A stretch of DNA of 64,000 nt from an uncultured Haloferula sp. Its GTDB lineage: Bacteria; Verrucomicrobiota; Verrucomicrobiia; Verrucomicrobiales; Akkermansiaceae. Made by a program: the position numbers and the translations under genes. Below are positions 1-9,896 of the stretch, piece by piece (within the stretch, counting starts at the first letter, position 1; the number at the start of each line of letters is the position of its first letter). Under the pieces are notes generated by a model. The model had not been told where the DNA came from, made no database searches, and worked only from the letters and a program-made list of their open reading frames with translations. The stretch lies in the NCBI GenBank assembly GCA_965652295.1, contig CBFGTS010000002.1, forward strand, positions 160,001 to 224,000, given 5' to 3'.

Positions 1-772
1 CCTCGATGATCGGCTGCGGCGCACAGGCGTAGCCGAGTCGGAAGCCGGTCATCGCGAAAGCCTTGGAAAAGCCATGCAACAGCACCGTGCGCTCGCGCAT
101 CCCTGGCAGCGAGGCGATCGAAATGTGGGGCTCGTCGAGGTCGTAGCGAAGTTCCGAATAAATCTCATCGGTCAGGACGATCAGGTCGTGCTCGATGCAC
201 AACTTCGCGATCCCCTCCAAGTCCTCGCGGGACGCCGTCGCACCGGTCGGATTGGTCGGGAAATTCAGCATCAGTACCCGGCTCTGCGGGGTGATCGCCG
301 CGGCCAGCGCTTCGGGTTTTAGCGAAAAACCATCGTGCTTCCGGGTCTTGACGCCCACTGCCTTGCCGTAGGCCATGACGATACTCGGCGAGTAGGAAAC
401 GTAGCAGGGCTCGTGGTAAATGACTTCTTCGCCCGGGTTGATCAGCGCCCGCAGTGCGAGGTCGATCGCCTCCGACACACCGACGGTCACGAGCACCTCG
501 CCGATGTCGTATTTCACTCCGAAAAAGCTGTCCACGTATCCGACGATCGATTTCCGCAACGCCGGCAGACCGAGGTTTGAAGTGTAGCTCGTCTGACCTT
601 TCTCCAGCGAATAGATGGCGGCCTCGCGGATGTTCCATGGAGTCACGAAATCCGGCTCGCCCACGCCGAGCGAGATGATGCCCTCGCGGCCTTGGACGAG
701 TTCGAAGAAATCACGGATGCCCGAGCGCGGCACGGCGGCCACCTGGCGGGCGATTTTCTGGGAGTAATCCAT
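1..772 (-). CDS. PLP-dependent aminotransferase class I/II (3' end runs off window)
   Basis: Manual translation from ATG at 772: MDYSQKIARQVAAVPRSGIRDFFELVQGREGIISLGVGEPDFVTPW...SDEIYSEL...LHGFSKAFAMTGFRLGY (PLP-lysine motif). Missing from the ORF track because there is no stop in the window. Confidence 0.9.
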   Translation of the reverse strand, partial: MDYSQKIARQVAAVPRSGIRDFFELVQGREGIISLGVGEPDFVTPWNIREAAIYSLEKGQTSYTSNLGLPALRKSIVGYVDSFFGVKYDIGEVLVTVGVSEAIDLALRALINPGEEVIYHEPCYVSYSPSIVMAYGKAVGVKTRKHDGFSLKPEALAAAITPQSRVLMLNFPTNPTGATASREDLEGIAKLCIEHDLIVLTDEIYSELRYDLDEPHISIASLPGMRERTVLLHGFSKAFAMTGFRLGYACAPQPIIE

Positions 773-834
773 GGGAAGTTAGCCCTTTCGCACGGGCGCG
801 GCCTTTCTAGTCCCCCGCCCGTTTCCTGCAATCC

Positions 835-1752
835 TCAATCCTCCATACTTAGGAACTCGCGCACCTCCCGCGCCAGCTCACGTGGCGCTTCCTCGGGTGC
901 CACATGGCCGACGTTTTCCAGCACCACCACGGAAATGCCGAGCCTCCCGGCAGGCAAGGTCTCCGGCGGCGTGATCGCATCGCCCGCACCCGCCACCATC
1001 AAGACCGGCTGGTGGATCTCATCCAGCTCCACCCGCCCGTCGCGAATCCGCTCGATCGATGACCCGAACCCCCGATAAGCCCGGTGCAGGCCCTCGACGA
1101 GAAGCTGCCGGTGATACTCCGCCATCGTCTCCTCAGAGAGATGATCCGGCTGAAAATAAGCGCGCTCGTAGAGCCCACGGAGCCTTGAGCGATCGCATAC
1201 CAACCCGCGTGCGAAAGGATAGAGCAACTCGCGGGCGACGGCACTGCGCAGGATCGAGTCCGGTGGGATGTCCATATTCAGCGCCGGGCTGACGAGTATC
1301 AGCCGACGGATCTTTTCCGGATGCGCGGCCGCCAGGCGCAACGCCAGCTCGCAGCCGTAGGAATGCGCCACGACGTCCACCGGGCCGCGCGTCTTCATTT
1401 CGAGAAACTTCGTCAGCATCGCCGCCTGTCCTGCCGGGTGATAGAGGGCCGCCCCGCGCGGCCGCTCGCTGTAGCCGAAGCCCCGCAAATCCGGCGCGAG
1501 CACCCGGCGCTTTCCCGCCAGCAGCGGCCCGAGGTCGTGGAACACGTGGCTCGATTGACCGAAGCCGTGGATCAGCAGGATCGATCGTTCACCGTGTCCC
1601 CATTCTTTGAAATGCACGGCAGCCCCGTCGATCTCCACGAACTCTCGCTGCGGCAGAGCCGCCCGGATGTCCGCAAACGGCGTCAAGGGACAGCAGCCCC
1701 CCGCCAGCAGTCCCAGCACGAGCGCAACTCCACGCCATCCGTCCGGTTTCAC
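835..1752 (-). CDS. alpha/beta-fold hydrolase, possibly a lipoprotein
   Basis: LIHGFG oxyanion motif, PDLRGFGYS, AHSYG nucleophile elbow, C-terminal GH..PEE. LLAGGC signal near the N-terminus. GTG at 1752 is preferred over the ORF start at 1965, which overlaps the RND gene. Confidence 0.85.
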   Translation of the reverse strand: MKPDGWRGVALVLGLLAGGCCPLTPFADIRAALPQREFVEIDGAAVHFKEWGHGERSILLIHGFGQSSHVFHDLGPLLAGKRRVLAPDLRGFGYSERPRGAALYHPAGQAAMLTKFLEMKTRGPVDVVAHSYGCELALRLAAAHPEKIRRLILVSPALNMDIPPDSILRSAVARELLYPFARGLVCDRSRLRGLYERAYFQPDHLSEETMAEYHRQLLVEGLHRAYRGFGSSIERIRDGRVELDEIHQPVLMVAGAGDAITPPETLPAGRLGISVVVLENVGHVAPEEAPRELAREVREFLSMED

Positions 1753-1853
1753 ACCCCACTCCCTCGGCCAACCGCCGCCCTGCGGCAAGGTTTTGCGCGT
1801 AACGGAGGCATCCACCGCTAGACCCCCTACCCAACCGACCGTAGAAGCCCGAC

Positions 1854-4800
1854 ATGATTCGCTGGTTCGCGCGCAACGACATCGCGGCAAACTTCCTGAT
1901 GATCGCCATCCTCCTCCTCGGGGTCTGGACGGCGAAAACCCGCGTGCCGCTGGAGGTCCAGCCAAGCATGAAGTTCAACGAGGTGCTCGTTCACGTCGAT
2001 TACCGCGGCGGTGCCCCGGAAGACGTGGAGCGCGGCGTGATCGTCCCGATCGAACTCGCACTCGAAGGTTTGACCGGGGTCAAGCGGATCGAATCCCGAG
2101 CCCGCGCGAATTTCGGCGAGGTGAAAATCATCGGCCAGGATCACATCGATCCCGTCGAGCTGATGGATGAGGTCCAGCTCCGGGTCGACGCCATCGTCAC
2201 GCTGCCCCAGGAAATCGAGCCGCCGCGGGTCTTCGTGCCGGATACGGCGAAATGGATGGACGTCATCAAGGTCGCCATCACCGGCGACATGGAGATCGAG
2301 GATCTGATCAAGGCCGCCCGCCGGGTGCGCGATGATTTGCAGGAACTTTCCGGTATTTCCCAAGCGGCCATTCAGGGCGAAGCACGGCAGGAAATCGCCA
2401 TCGAAGCCGACCTCGCCCGCCTGCGCGACTACGATCTCAGCTTCACCGACCTCGCGGACGCGATCCGCCGTTCGTCGATCGATCAGCCCGCCGGGCGGAT
2501 CCAAACCGATGAAGGGGCGATGATCATCCGCTCCAAAGGCCAGGCCTTCAGCAAGGACGAGTTCGAGAACATCGTCATCTCCAACAACGAAGGCTCCAAC
2601 GTGAAGCTGGAGGAGGTCGCCAAGGTGACTGACGGCTTCGAAGAAGGCGGCAAAATCATGCGCTTCAACGGCCGCCCCGCCCTGCTCGTCGAAGTCCTGC
2701 GCCTCAACGAGGAAAACGCGCTCGATATCGCCGACAAGGTGAAGGGCTACGTCGATACCCAACGCGAGCGCTTTCCCGACGGCATCGAGCTCTACATCTG
2801 GGACGACAGCTCGGTGGAGCTTCGCGGCCGTCTCGGCACGCTCTTCAACAGCATGCTGCAGGGAGGTCTCCTGGTCCTGGTAGTGCTCGGGCTGTTTCTC
2901 CGCCCCCGGCTGGCACTGTGGGTCGTGATCGGCATTCCGGTCGCCTTCGCCGGCGGACTACTCATGATGCCGTACTTCGGCATGACGCTGAACTCGATGA
3001 GCGTCTTCGGTTTCATCATCGTCATCGGGCTGGTGGTCGATGACGCCATCGTCACCGCGGAGAACGTCTACACCAAGCTCCGCAACGGCGAGGACCCCGT
3101 GACCGCCGCGGTCGATGGGGCCAAGGAAGTCGCCGTGCCGGTGACCTTCGGCGCACTCACCACCATCGTCGCCTTCCTGCCCCTGCTCGGGTTCGACGGC
3201 TTCTACGGGAACTACACCAAGCAGATTCCTCCGATCGTCGCCGCGGTTCTGGTTTTCTCCCTGATCGAGACCAAGCTCGCCCTGCCCTGCCACCTCAAGC
3301 ACATCCCGGTCGGACGCACGAACCTCGGCCCCTTCGCCCGTTTTCAGAAAGCCATCGCCGACGGTCTTGAGTCGTTCATCGAGCGCTTCTACCGCCCGTC
3401 ACTGGAATCCGCCACCCGGCACCGCTACACCACCATCGCCGTGTTCATCGCCATCGCGATGTGCTCGTTCGGTCTCGTGAAAAGCGGCCGTCTCGGATTC
3501 GTGAACATGCCCTCGATGGACCGCAACCGCATCTTTGCCCGTGTGCAGATGCCTCGCGATACGCCGATCGAAGTCACCGATGAGCGCGTGAAACGGGTCG
3601 TCGCCGCGGTGGATCAACTCAAGGGCGAGTTCATCGATCCCGGGACCGGCAAGTCGCTCATCGAGGACGTGCTGACGAGCTCCGGCGGCCACCCCGGCCG
3701 GCCGTGGGCCGACCCGCGCGAAGGTTTCGTGATCCTTTCGGTCGTCGATCCCGGCATGCGCAGCGAGCCCGGACCGAAGAACAGCGACATCGCCAAGCGC
3801 TGGCTGGAACTGGTCGGCGAGATCCCCGACGCCCAGTCATTCTGGATTTCCGGTGAACGCGGCGGAGGCGGCGGCGACGACGACATGGAGGAACTCCGGC
3901 TCGAACTCCGCGGCCCCGAAGGCGAACTCAAGGCCGATCTGGCCGACCTCATCGTCGAGGAAATCGAAGCCTACGAAGGCATCGCCGACTCATGGAGCGA
4001 TCAGGGTCGGGTGAGGCCGGAAATCCACGTCAGCCTCAAGCCGGAGGGCGAATCGCTGGGCCTCGCGCAACGCGACATCGGTGCCCAGATCCGTTCCGCC
4101 TTCTTCGGCGAGCAGGCGCAGCGCGTCCAGCGCGGGCGCGACGACGTCCGGGTGATGGTCCGGCTGCCGTTGGAGCAGCGCCAGTCCCTGCATACGCTCG
4201 AGGACCTGCGGATCCGCACCCCCGATGGCGGCAACGCACCGCTCAAGACCGTGGCCACCGTTTCCCTGCAAAATGCCAGATCCGACATCTACCGCGTCGA
4301 TGGCGCGCAGGTCACCGGCATCGGCGCGAAGCCGGTCGATGAGAACGTCGACATCATCGCAATCGCCCGTGACGTCGGCCCGCGGCTCGACGCGTTGCTC
4401 AACAAACACCCCGAGTATTCCTGGCGCTACACCGGCTACGTCCAGGAGCATGAGGAAACCGGCCACCGCGTTTATCTCGCGGGCATCGCGCTCTTCCTCG
4501 CGCTCTACGCCCTGCTGGCCGTCCCCTTCAAATCGCTCATCCAACCCTTCGTCGTCCTGCTCGCCGTACCGTTCGGCATCATCGGAGCCCTCGCCGGCCA
4601 CCTGATCCTCGATCTCACTCCTTCCTACCTCTCGATCTTCGGCATGCTCGCCCTGGCCGGAGTCGTGGTGAACGATTCGCTGGTCATGGTCGACTTCGCC
4701 AACCAACGACGTCGGTCCGGAGACATGAGCATCCAAGCGGTCACCGATGCCGGCAGCCGCCGCTTCCGGCCAATTCTGCTCACCTCGCTTACCACCTTCG

Positions 4801-5039
4801 TCGGACTTCTGCCCCTGATGCTCGATCCTTCCTTGCAGGCCCAATTCCTTATTCCGATGGCGGTCTCGCTGGGCTTCGGCATCCTGTTCGCGACTTTCAT
4901 CACCCTCTACCTCATCCCCTCCGGCTACCTCGTGGCGGAGGACATCGTGAACCTCTTCCAACGCGGCTGGAGCTGGTACCGCCGGCCGTTCCAGAGTGAG
5001 GATAAGCCTCCGAGCAAGAGCGTTCCGGACCCAGGTTGA
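1854..5039 (+). CDS. RND efflux transporter permease (AcrB/AcrD/AcrF family)
   Basis: 1061 aa; GLVVDDAIV, GVVVNDS and RFRPILLTSLTT motifs; 12-TM pattern with two large periplasmic loops. Confidence 0.95.
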   Translation: MIRWFARNDIAANFLMIAILLLGVWTAKTRVPLEVQPSMKFNEVLVHVDYRGGAPEDVERGVIVPIELALEGLTGVKRIESRARANFGEVKIIGQDHIDPVELMDEVQLRVDAIVTLPQEIEPPRVFVPDTAKWMDVIKVAITGDMEIEDLIKAARRVRDDLQELSGISQAAIQGEARQEIAIEADLARLRDYDLSFTDLADAIRRSSIDQPAGRIQTDEGAMIIRSKGQAFSKDEFENIVISNNEGSNVKLEEVAKVTDGFEEGGKIMRFNGRPALLVEVLRLNEENALDIADKVKGYVDTQRERFPDGIELYIWDDSSVELRGRLGTLFNSMLQGGLLVLVVLGLFLRPRLALWVVIGIPVAFAGGLLMMPYFGMTLNSMSVFGFIIVIGLVVDDAIVTAENVYTKLRNGEDPVTAAVDGAKEVAVPVTFGALTTIVAFLPLLGFDGFYGNYTKQIPPIVAAVLVFSLIETKLALPCHLKHIPVGRTNLGPFARFQKAIADGLESFIERFYRPSLESATRHRYTTIAVFIAIAMCSFGLVKSGRLGFVNMPSMDRNRIFARVQMPRDTPIEVTDERVKRVVAAVDQLKGEFIDPGTGKSLIEDVLTSSGGHPGRPWADPREGFVILSVVDPGMRSEPGPKNSDIAKRWLELVGEIPDAQSFWISGERGGGGGDDDMEELRLELRGPEGELKADLADLIVEEIEAYEGIADSWSDQGRVRPEIHVSLKPEGESLGLAQRDIGAQIRSAFFGEQAQRVQRGRDDVRVMVRLPLEQRQSLHTLEDLRIRTPDGGNAPLKTVATVSLQNARSDIYRVDGAQVTGIGAKPVDENVDIIAIARDVGPRLDALLNKHPEYSWRYTGYVQEHEETGHRVYLAGIALFLALYALLAVPFKSLIQPFVVLLAVPFGIIGALAGHLILDLTPSYLSIFGMLALAGVVVNDSLVMVDFANQRRRSGDMSIQAVTDAGSRRFRPILLTSLTTFVGLLPLMLDPSLQAQFLIPMAVSLGFGILFATFITLYLIPSGYLVAEDIVNLFQRGWSWYRRPFQSEDKPPSKSVPDPG

Positions 5040-5058
5040 ATCTCAAAGCCCGCTCGCT

Positions 5059-5092
5059 TTCGGAGTGCTCCGACATGTCGGAACACTCCGAA
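5059..5092. terminator. near-perfect palindrome between convergent genes (terminator or REP-like)
   Basis: TTCGGAGTG-C-TCCGACATGTCGGA-A-CACTCCGAA, between the RND stop (5039) and the sanA-like stop (5102). Confidence 0.6.
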
Positions 5093-5101
5093 GCCCTTCC
5101 G

Positions 5102-5773
5102 CTACATCGGCAGGTTTTCCCTTTCACCCAGATGCCGCGGACGCGTCTTCAGGACGCGCACGTCGAGCCACATCTTGACCCGCGCCCCCACCTCACGCAG
5201 CCGCGTTTTCAATCCGCCATGACCCTCCACATCCGGCGCGTTGAATCCGACGCAGTCCATCCCGTTCGCACGCCCCAGATAGATCGCCCGCTCGTTCTGG
5301 AACTGCTGGGAAATGAAAGTCACCTTTGCCGCTCCAAAGACCTCCTTGGCGCGTACTACGGAGTCCAAAGTACGAAGCCCGGCGTAGTCGCAGACGACCT
5401 TGTCCGCCGGCACGCCTGCTTTCACCAATGCCCGCATCATCCGCAGCGGCTCGTTGTAGTGCTTCGTCCGATTGTCTCCGGAGACAATCACGCAGGACAG
5501 TTTGCCCGCCTTCCAGAGGTCGGCGGCGGCATTGATGCGGTAGCGGAAATACAGATTCTCGCGGCCCTCGATCCGGTCATCGCAACCGAAAACCAACCCC
5601 ACCCGCCCCGCAGGCACCTCCGACGGATCGTCGTGAATGCGGCCCATGCTGGCGAAGACCGCCGCGAGGTTGGTCCATGCGATCCATATCAACACGAGCC
5701 CGACGCCCGCCAACGCGAAGAGCAACAGCCGCTTCCACCACGGCTGCTTTCCACCCGGCACGCCCGCTTTCAC
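5102..5773 (-). CDS. sanA: SanA/YdcF (DUF218) family envelope protein
   Basis: N-terminal TM, GLVFG, NLYFRYRI, VSGDN...YNEP, DYAGLRTLDSVVRAKEVFG, RE..ARVK, P..LG motifs. Confidence 0.85.
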   Translation of the reverse strand: MKAGVPGGKQPWWKRLLLFALAGVGLVLIWIAWTNLAAVFASMGRIHDDPSEVPAGRVGLVFGCDDRIEGRENLYFRYRINAAADLWKAGKLSCVIVSGDNRTKHYNEPLRMMRALVKAGVPADKVVCDYAGLRTLDSVVRAKEVFGAAKVTFISQQFQNERAIYLGRANGMDCVGFNAPDVEGHGGLKTRLREVGARVKMWLDVRVLKTRPRHLGERENLPM

Positions 5774-6732
5774 GGCTCAGGCACCCCCACGGTTTTGCGG
5801 ATCGAGCCGATGAAAAGCTTCATCGCCTCCTCGAAGCGGGTTCCGATCGGCCGCTTGGGTGCCAGCACCCGCAAGCGCTCCGGTTGGTCATCGCCGAAGA
5901 CGACCCGTTTGGTCCGTCCGACCAACTCGCCATCGACCTCAAGCGGCACCTCACGGTCGCACTCGACCACCAGGGATTCCGTCTGAAAATACACCACGGT
6001 CGATTCGTCAAATGCCACGCCGCGCGATGCGATCCCACGCAACGAATCGAGAACCAGCCGGTAACCCGCCTCTTTGAAGACGAGTACATCCAGCTTGCTG
6101 TCCTGATTGTCGGCGAGATGGAAAAGCCGGATCTGACCGCCATACAACGAGCCGTTTCCCGCCAGCACCGCGATGCCCTCGGTCACGCGGCCGTCTCCCG
6201 TCACGACCCGCATCACCGGCGGGTCCTCGCCGAGAACCTTCACCGCCGAGATCAGATAGGCCAGCGGCCCGAGCACCTTCTTGCTCTCCCAGGTCGTCTC
6301 CTCGATCACCGCGGCGTCGAATCCCACTCCCGCCATCTGCACAAAAGGCGTCCCGTTGGCTTCGAACAGGTCGACCTCCCGCACGTTGCCCTCCAGGATC
6401 ACCTCGAACGCACGGTCGAGATTGTCATAGGGAATGCCCAGCTCACGGGCGAACACGTTCATCGTCCCGGTCGGCAGCACGCCGAGCGCCGTGCGCGTCC
6501 CGGCCAGACCTTGAACTACGGCATTCAGCGTACCATCACCGCCTGCGGCGATCACCAGAGGCTCGCCCTCGGCCGCGAACTTCGAGGCAAGCGCATGCGC
6601 CTCCGCCGCCGAGCGGGTCGCGTAAAGCGCCAGTCCGGCCGCATTATCCATCAGAAACTCCAATGCCCGCCGTCCCCGTTGGCTGCGCGCCTTCGGATTG
6701 AAAAGCACCGGATATCGCGGCGGCAAAATCAC
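5770..6732 (-). CDS. diacylglycerol/lipid kinase family protein (YegS/BmrU-like)
   Basis: NPKA, AAGGDGT, LPTGTMNVFA, AGVGFDA, N..LYGG, VDGE motifs. Confidence 0.9.
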   Translation of the reverse strand: MILPPRYPVLFNPKARSQRGRRALEFLMDNAAGLALYATRSAAEAHALASKFAAEGEPLVIAAGGDGTLNAVVQGLAGTRTALGVLPTGTMNVFARELGIPYDNLDRAFEVILEGNVREVDLFEANGTPFVQMAGVGFDAAVIEETTWESKKVLGPLAYLISAVKVLGEDPPVMRVVTGDGRVTEGIAVLAGNGSLYGGQIRLFHLADNQDSKLDVLVFKEAGYRLVLDSLRGIASRGVAFDESTVVYFQTESLVVECDREVPLEVDGELVGRTKRVVFGDDQPERLRVLAPKRPIGTRFEEAMKLFIGSIRKTVGVPEP

Positions 6733-6744
6733 GTCCCCATGAAA

Positions 6745-7308
6745 TCACGCCCGCAACGCGCCGCAAGCCTTCAACCGCTGCATCAGCTCCGCCATCGGCA
6801 GCCCCATCACATTGTCGAAATCGCCCTCGATCCCTTCCACGATCATCTCCCCATGCTCCTGGATGCCGTAGGCCCCCGCCTTGTCCAATGGGTTCACCCG
6901 GGCGAAATAGGCGGAAATGGCGGCCTCATCGAGTTCCCGAAATCGCACCGTCGTCGCCACACAGAAGGTTTCCCGCACACCCATGGCCGAGCGCAGGCAG
7001 ACGCCGGTCCGCACCTCATGCTCCCGGCCGGACAGCCGCCGCAACATCCGCCGCGCCTCATCCATGTCCGCGGGCTTGCCCAGCACCTCCCCATCCACCT
7101 GCACCAGGGTGTCCGCCGCAATCACCCAACCATCGCCGGGATCCACCGCATCCGCCTTCAGCCCGGCATTCGCCTGGCACAGCCGGTCCCACGGCAAGGC
7201 ATCCGCCTCCAGCTCCTCGGCGGAGGAAGGTCTTACTTCAAAAACCAACCCCTCCCGTTCCATCAATTCCCGTCGTCGCGGCGAGCCCGAGGCCAAAATC
7301 AAATTCAC
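6745..7308 (-). CDS. maf: Maf family nucleotide pyrophosphatase
   Basis: LILASGSPRRRELM, AADT.V, LGKP, DKAGAYGIQ, NVMGLP. Confidence 0.95.
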   Translation of the reverse strand: MNLILASGSPRRRELMEREGLVFEVRPSSAEELEADALPWDRLCQANAGLKADAVDPGDGWVIAADTLVQVDGEVLGKPADMDEARRMLRRLSGREHEVRTGVCLRSAMGVRETFCVATTVRFRELDEAAISAYFARVNPLDKAGAYGIQEHGEMIVEGIEGDFDNVMGLPMAELMQRLKACGALRA

Positions 7309-7401
7309 CCGGCCACCGAAACCCGTCCGATCCTCCCTGCCAAGTTTCGCGCATTAACGCAAAGTATTTGCGTTTCGCTCGTTTTCAAGTATCGCCCCTC
7401 T

Positions 7402-8268
7402 GTGACGCGCACGTTTCTGCTGTTCTCCCTGACCTGTCTGAGCGCCTTCGCCGAGCTGCGAGTGGCGGTGCTTCATCCCCTGCTCGGGGATCTCGCCCGC
7501 GAGGTGGGCGGTCCCGAGGTCGAGGTGATCGATCTTCTGGGCGCGGACCGTGACCCGCACCATTTCGCACCCACGCCCGCCCAACTCCGGGATGCAGGCA
7601 AGCTCGACCTCGTGCTCGCCTGTGGCCTCGGCCTGGAAGCCGACCTCGCCACGCTGCGCGAACTTCTGCCAGCCCCTTTGATCGAGATCGGCGCGGAGTT
7701 GCCGACCCTCGCCGGCGGCTGCGATCACCCGGAGCACCAACACGCGCCCGACGAGCGGGATCCCCACTGGTGGCATTCGGTCGATCGTTTCCGCCGCGCA
7801 GTCACGGTCGTGGAGAAGCACTTCACTGAATCCGATCCCGACCACGCCGCCGACTACGCCTCCCGCGCCCAAGGCTACCGCCAGCAGCTCGACGAGCTCG
7901 GCCGCTGGGTCCGCCGGGAAGTAGCCCGCATCCCCCGCTCGAAGCGGGTGCTCGCCACCTCCCACGCCGCCTTCGGCTACTTCTGCCACGACCACGGCTT
8001 CGAGGCCGTATCCGTCCAGGGACTCACCCGCGAGCAGATGCCGGACGCCGCCAGCCTCGCCCGCACCTTCGCCGAGCTCCGCGAGCAGCGGGTGACCGTC
8101 GTGTTCCCCGAAAAGGGAGCGAACCCGGCGACCCTGCGCGCCCTCGTCCACGACGGCGGTCTGCGGCTGGCCCAGCCCCTTGATGCCGATGGCACCTATT
8201 CCTCCAGCTATGTGGAAATGATGCGCTCGAATGTCGACACCATCCACGCCGGCCTCACCGGCTCCTGA
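7402..8268 (+). CDS. metal (Zn/Mn) ABC transporter substrate-binding protein, cluster A-I
   Basis: Signal peptide after GTG 7402; DPH..P, His-containing loop, DPHWW, TSHAAFGYF, LD. This is the C-terminal part of the over-long ORF 5677-8268. Confidence 0.88.
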   Translation: MTRTFLLFSLTCLSAFAELRVAVLHPLLGDLAREVGGPEVEVIDLLGADRDPHHFAPTPAQLRDAGKLDLVLACGLGLEADLATLRELLPAPLIEIGAELPTLAGGCDHPEHQHAPDERDPHWWHSVDRFRRAVTVVEKHFTESDPDHAADYASRAQGYRQQLDELGRWVRREVARIPRSKRVLATSHAAFGYFCHDHGFEAVSVQGLTREQMPDAASLARTFAELREQRVTVVFPEKGANPATLRALVHDGGLRLAQPLDADGTYSSSYVEMMRSNVDTIHAGLTGS

Positions 8269-8289
8269 GCCTCGCCGGCTTTCCGGCAC

Positions 8290-8745
8290 CTACGCCGCCT
8301 CCGTCAACGAAACGTCCTTCACCCGGTTGACCCGCGGTTTTTCGCCCTCGATCAGCAGCACCTCGATCACGTCGTAACGCCATGGCAGGTCACGCCGACC
8401 GAGCAGCCGCAGCCACTCGTTCGCCCCGCGCCGGATCAGCTTCCGTTTCTCACGTCCCACGGCGTCGAGCGGTCGGCCGTAGTCGTCCCGGGTGCGGGTC
8501 TTGACCTCGACGAAAAGCAACTGCCGACCCTCCCTCGCGACCAGGTCCACCTCGCCTCCACCCGGTGCCCGGAAGTTCCGGTAGAGCAGCTTTCCTCCCC
8601 GGGCCCGCAGCCACGCGGCGGCGATGCGTTCGCCACGGCGACCGACCTCCGCCGGTTCGATCTTCGCCCCGTCACGCCCCCTCAAGCGGCAGCGGCAGTT
8701 GAGCCACGGGCTGAAACGAGCGACGATGAATGCGGCAAGGCCCAT
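8290..8745 (-). CDS. yraN: YraN family (UPF0102) nuclease-fold protein
   Basis: GRRGE.IA..WL, RNFR...GEVDLV, FVEVKTR, R.DVI. Start is ATG 8745 or TTG 8685; both overlap the 3' end of rnhB. Confidence 0.88.
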   Translation of the reverse strand: MGLAAFIVARFSPWLNCRCRLRGRDGAKIEPAEVGRRGERIAAAWLRARGGKLLYRNFRAPGGGEVDLVAREGRQLLFVEVKTRTRDDYGRPLDAVGREKRKLIRRGANEWLRLLGRRDLPWRYDVIEVLLIEGEKPRVNRVKDVSLTEAA

Positions 8746-9295
8746 GCAGACGGAGAGCTTCGAGATGCTCCCTCGTACCATACCCTTTGTGTCGCTCAAA
8801 GCCGTATTGCGGAAACTCCTCGGCCATCTCGCGCATCCGGCGGTCCCGCAGCACCTTCGCCACAATGCTCGCCGCGGCGATCGAAAGCGAAAGCCCGTCC
8901 CCCTTCACCACACCATCGTGACCATAGGGAAATCGCGGCACCGGCAGGCCATCGATCAGACAGTGATCGACCGCCCGCTTCAATCCCTTGACCGCCATCG
9001 CCATGGCCCGATGGGTCGCGCGCAGGATGTTGATCCGATCGATTTCCTCCGGCTCCACGAAGGCCACCGCCCAAACGATCGCGGCGTCTCCGGTCAAACG
9101 CGAAAAAAGCTGCTCGCGGCATGCCGCGGACAGCTTTTTGGAATCGTCGAGAAAGTCGCAGGCGAACGAATCCGGCAGGATCACCGCCGCCGCCGCCACC
9201 GGGCCGGCCAAGGGACCTCTTCCGGCTTCATCGACACCCGCGATCACTCGGTGACCGCGGGCGCGACACGCAACTTCCAGACTGAAATCGGGCAT
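8672..9295 (-). CDS. rnhB: ribonuclease HII
   Basis: AGVDEAGRGPLAGPV, DSKKLS, LIDG, KGD...SIAAASIVAKV.RD, HKGYGT, HRRSF. Confidence 0.97.
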   Translation of the reverse strand: MPDFSLEVACRARGHRVIAGVDEAGRGPLAGPVAAAAVILPDSFACDFLDDSKKLSAACREQLFSRLTGDAAIVWAVAFVEPEEIDRINILRATHRAMAMAVKGLKRAVDHCLIDGLPVPRFPYGHDGVVKGDGLSLSIAAASIVAKVLRDRRMREMAEEFPQYGFERHKGYGTREHLEALRLHGPCRIHRRSFQPVAQLPLPLEGA

Positions 9296-9302
9296 GACGC
9301 CC

Positions 9303-9872
9303 TCAGAACTGCCTCATCCGATCAGTCAATGTCATCGAGGAAATGTCCTTGGTGGCGAAAATCTGCGTCGCGTAAACCATACCGTCGTCGGTCACGTGGA
9401 CGCCGATCCCGCTGCAATCCCAGTTCTGCTTGAGATTGTAGACGTGCTTATTGGACTTCGTCCATGCCGTGGTGAGCTGGCCGGCGATGTCGCCGGTCAC
9501 CTTGCCGCCGGCCACGTTTTCCGCGATCGAGAGCATCCCGTAGCCACGCTGGGCGGCGAGCACGCGGGTCTCGAACCCGTAGTGGCTGATGTTTTCCGAC
9601 CCGAGCGTGAACTTGCCACGGTTCTTGGCCATGAACTCGCAGTGCTGTTGGGCGAGGCGATCCAGTCCCGCATGAGCAGGCAACTGGGAGCGGCCGATCG
9701 AGCTGCGGTATTGGTTGATGGAGCTGTGCAGCTGTTTTTTGAGGCTGCCGGATTTCCCGCTTTGGGCGTGGTTGGACGACATCGCAACGCGGGTCGTGTC
9801 CAAGTCGTTGGCACAGGAGGCCAAGAGCATGAGCGCTACCGCGCCCATGGCTTTCAGGGTGTTGTGGGACAT
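9303..9872 (-). CDS. CAP/SCP-domain lipoprotein
   Basis: Lipobox LLASC; INQYR...L, LAQQHCEFMA, SH, ENVA, W..S..H..NL, GIGV, YATQIF. Confidence 0.85.
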   Translation of the reverse strand: MSHNTLKAMGAVALMLLASCANDLDTTRVAMSSNHAQSGKSGSLKKQLHSSINQYRSSIGRSQLPAHAGLDRLAQQHCEFMAKNRGKFTLGSENISHYGFETRVLAAQRGYGMLSIAENVAGGKVTGDIAGQLTTAWTKSNKHVYNLKQNWDCSGIGVHVTDDGMVYATQIFATKDISSMTLTDRMRQF

Positions 9873-9880
9873 GCTTGTGT

Positions 9881-9896
9881 TGTGTGTGTGTGTGTG
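9881..9896 (-). repeat. (CA)8 dinucleotide microsatellite in the 5' leader of the CAP gene
   Basis: + strand reads (TG)8, ending 8 nt from the start codon at 9872. Confidence 0.9.

Noticed and set aside
5677..7401. N-terminal ~575 aa of the 863-aa ORF, suggesting a giant fusion to the metal-binding protein
   Set aside because: It is the antisense shadow of the sanA, lipid kinase and maf genes; a signal peptide begins at GTG 7402.
8672..8745. rnhB/yraN overlap as a programmed frameshift producing an RNase HII-YraN fusion
   Set aside because: No slippery sequence is evident, and in-frame starts exist (TTG 8685, ATG 8745). rnhB-yraN adjacency is common.
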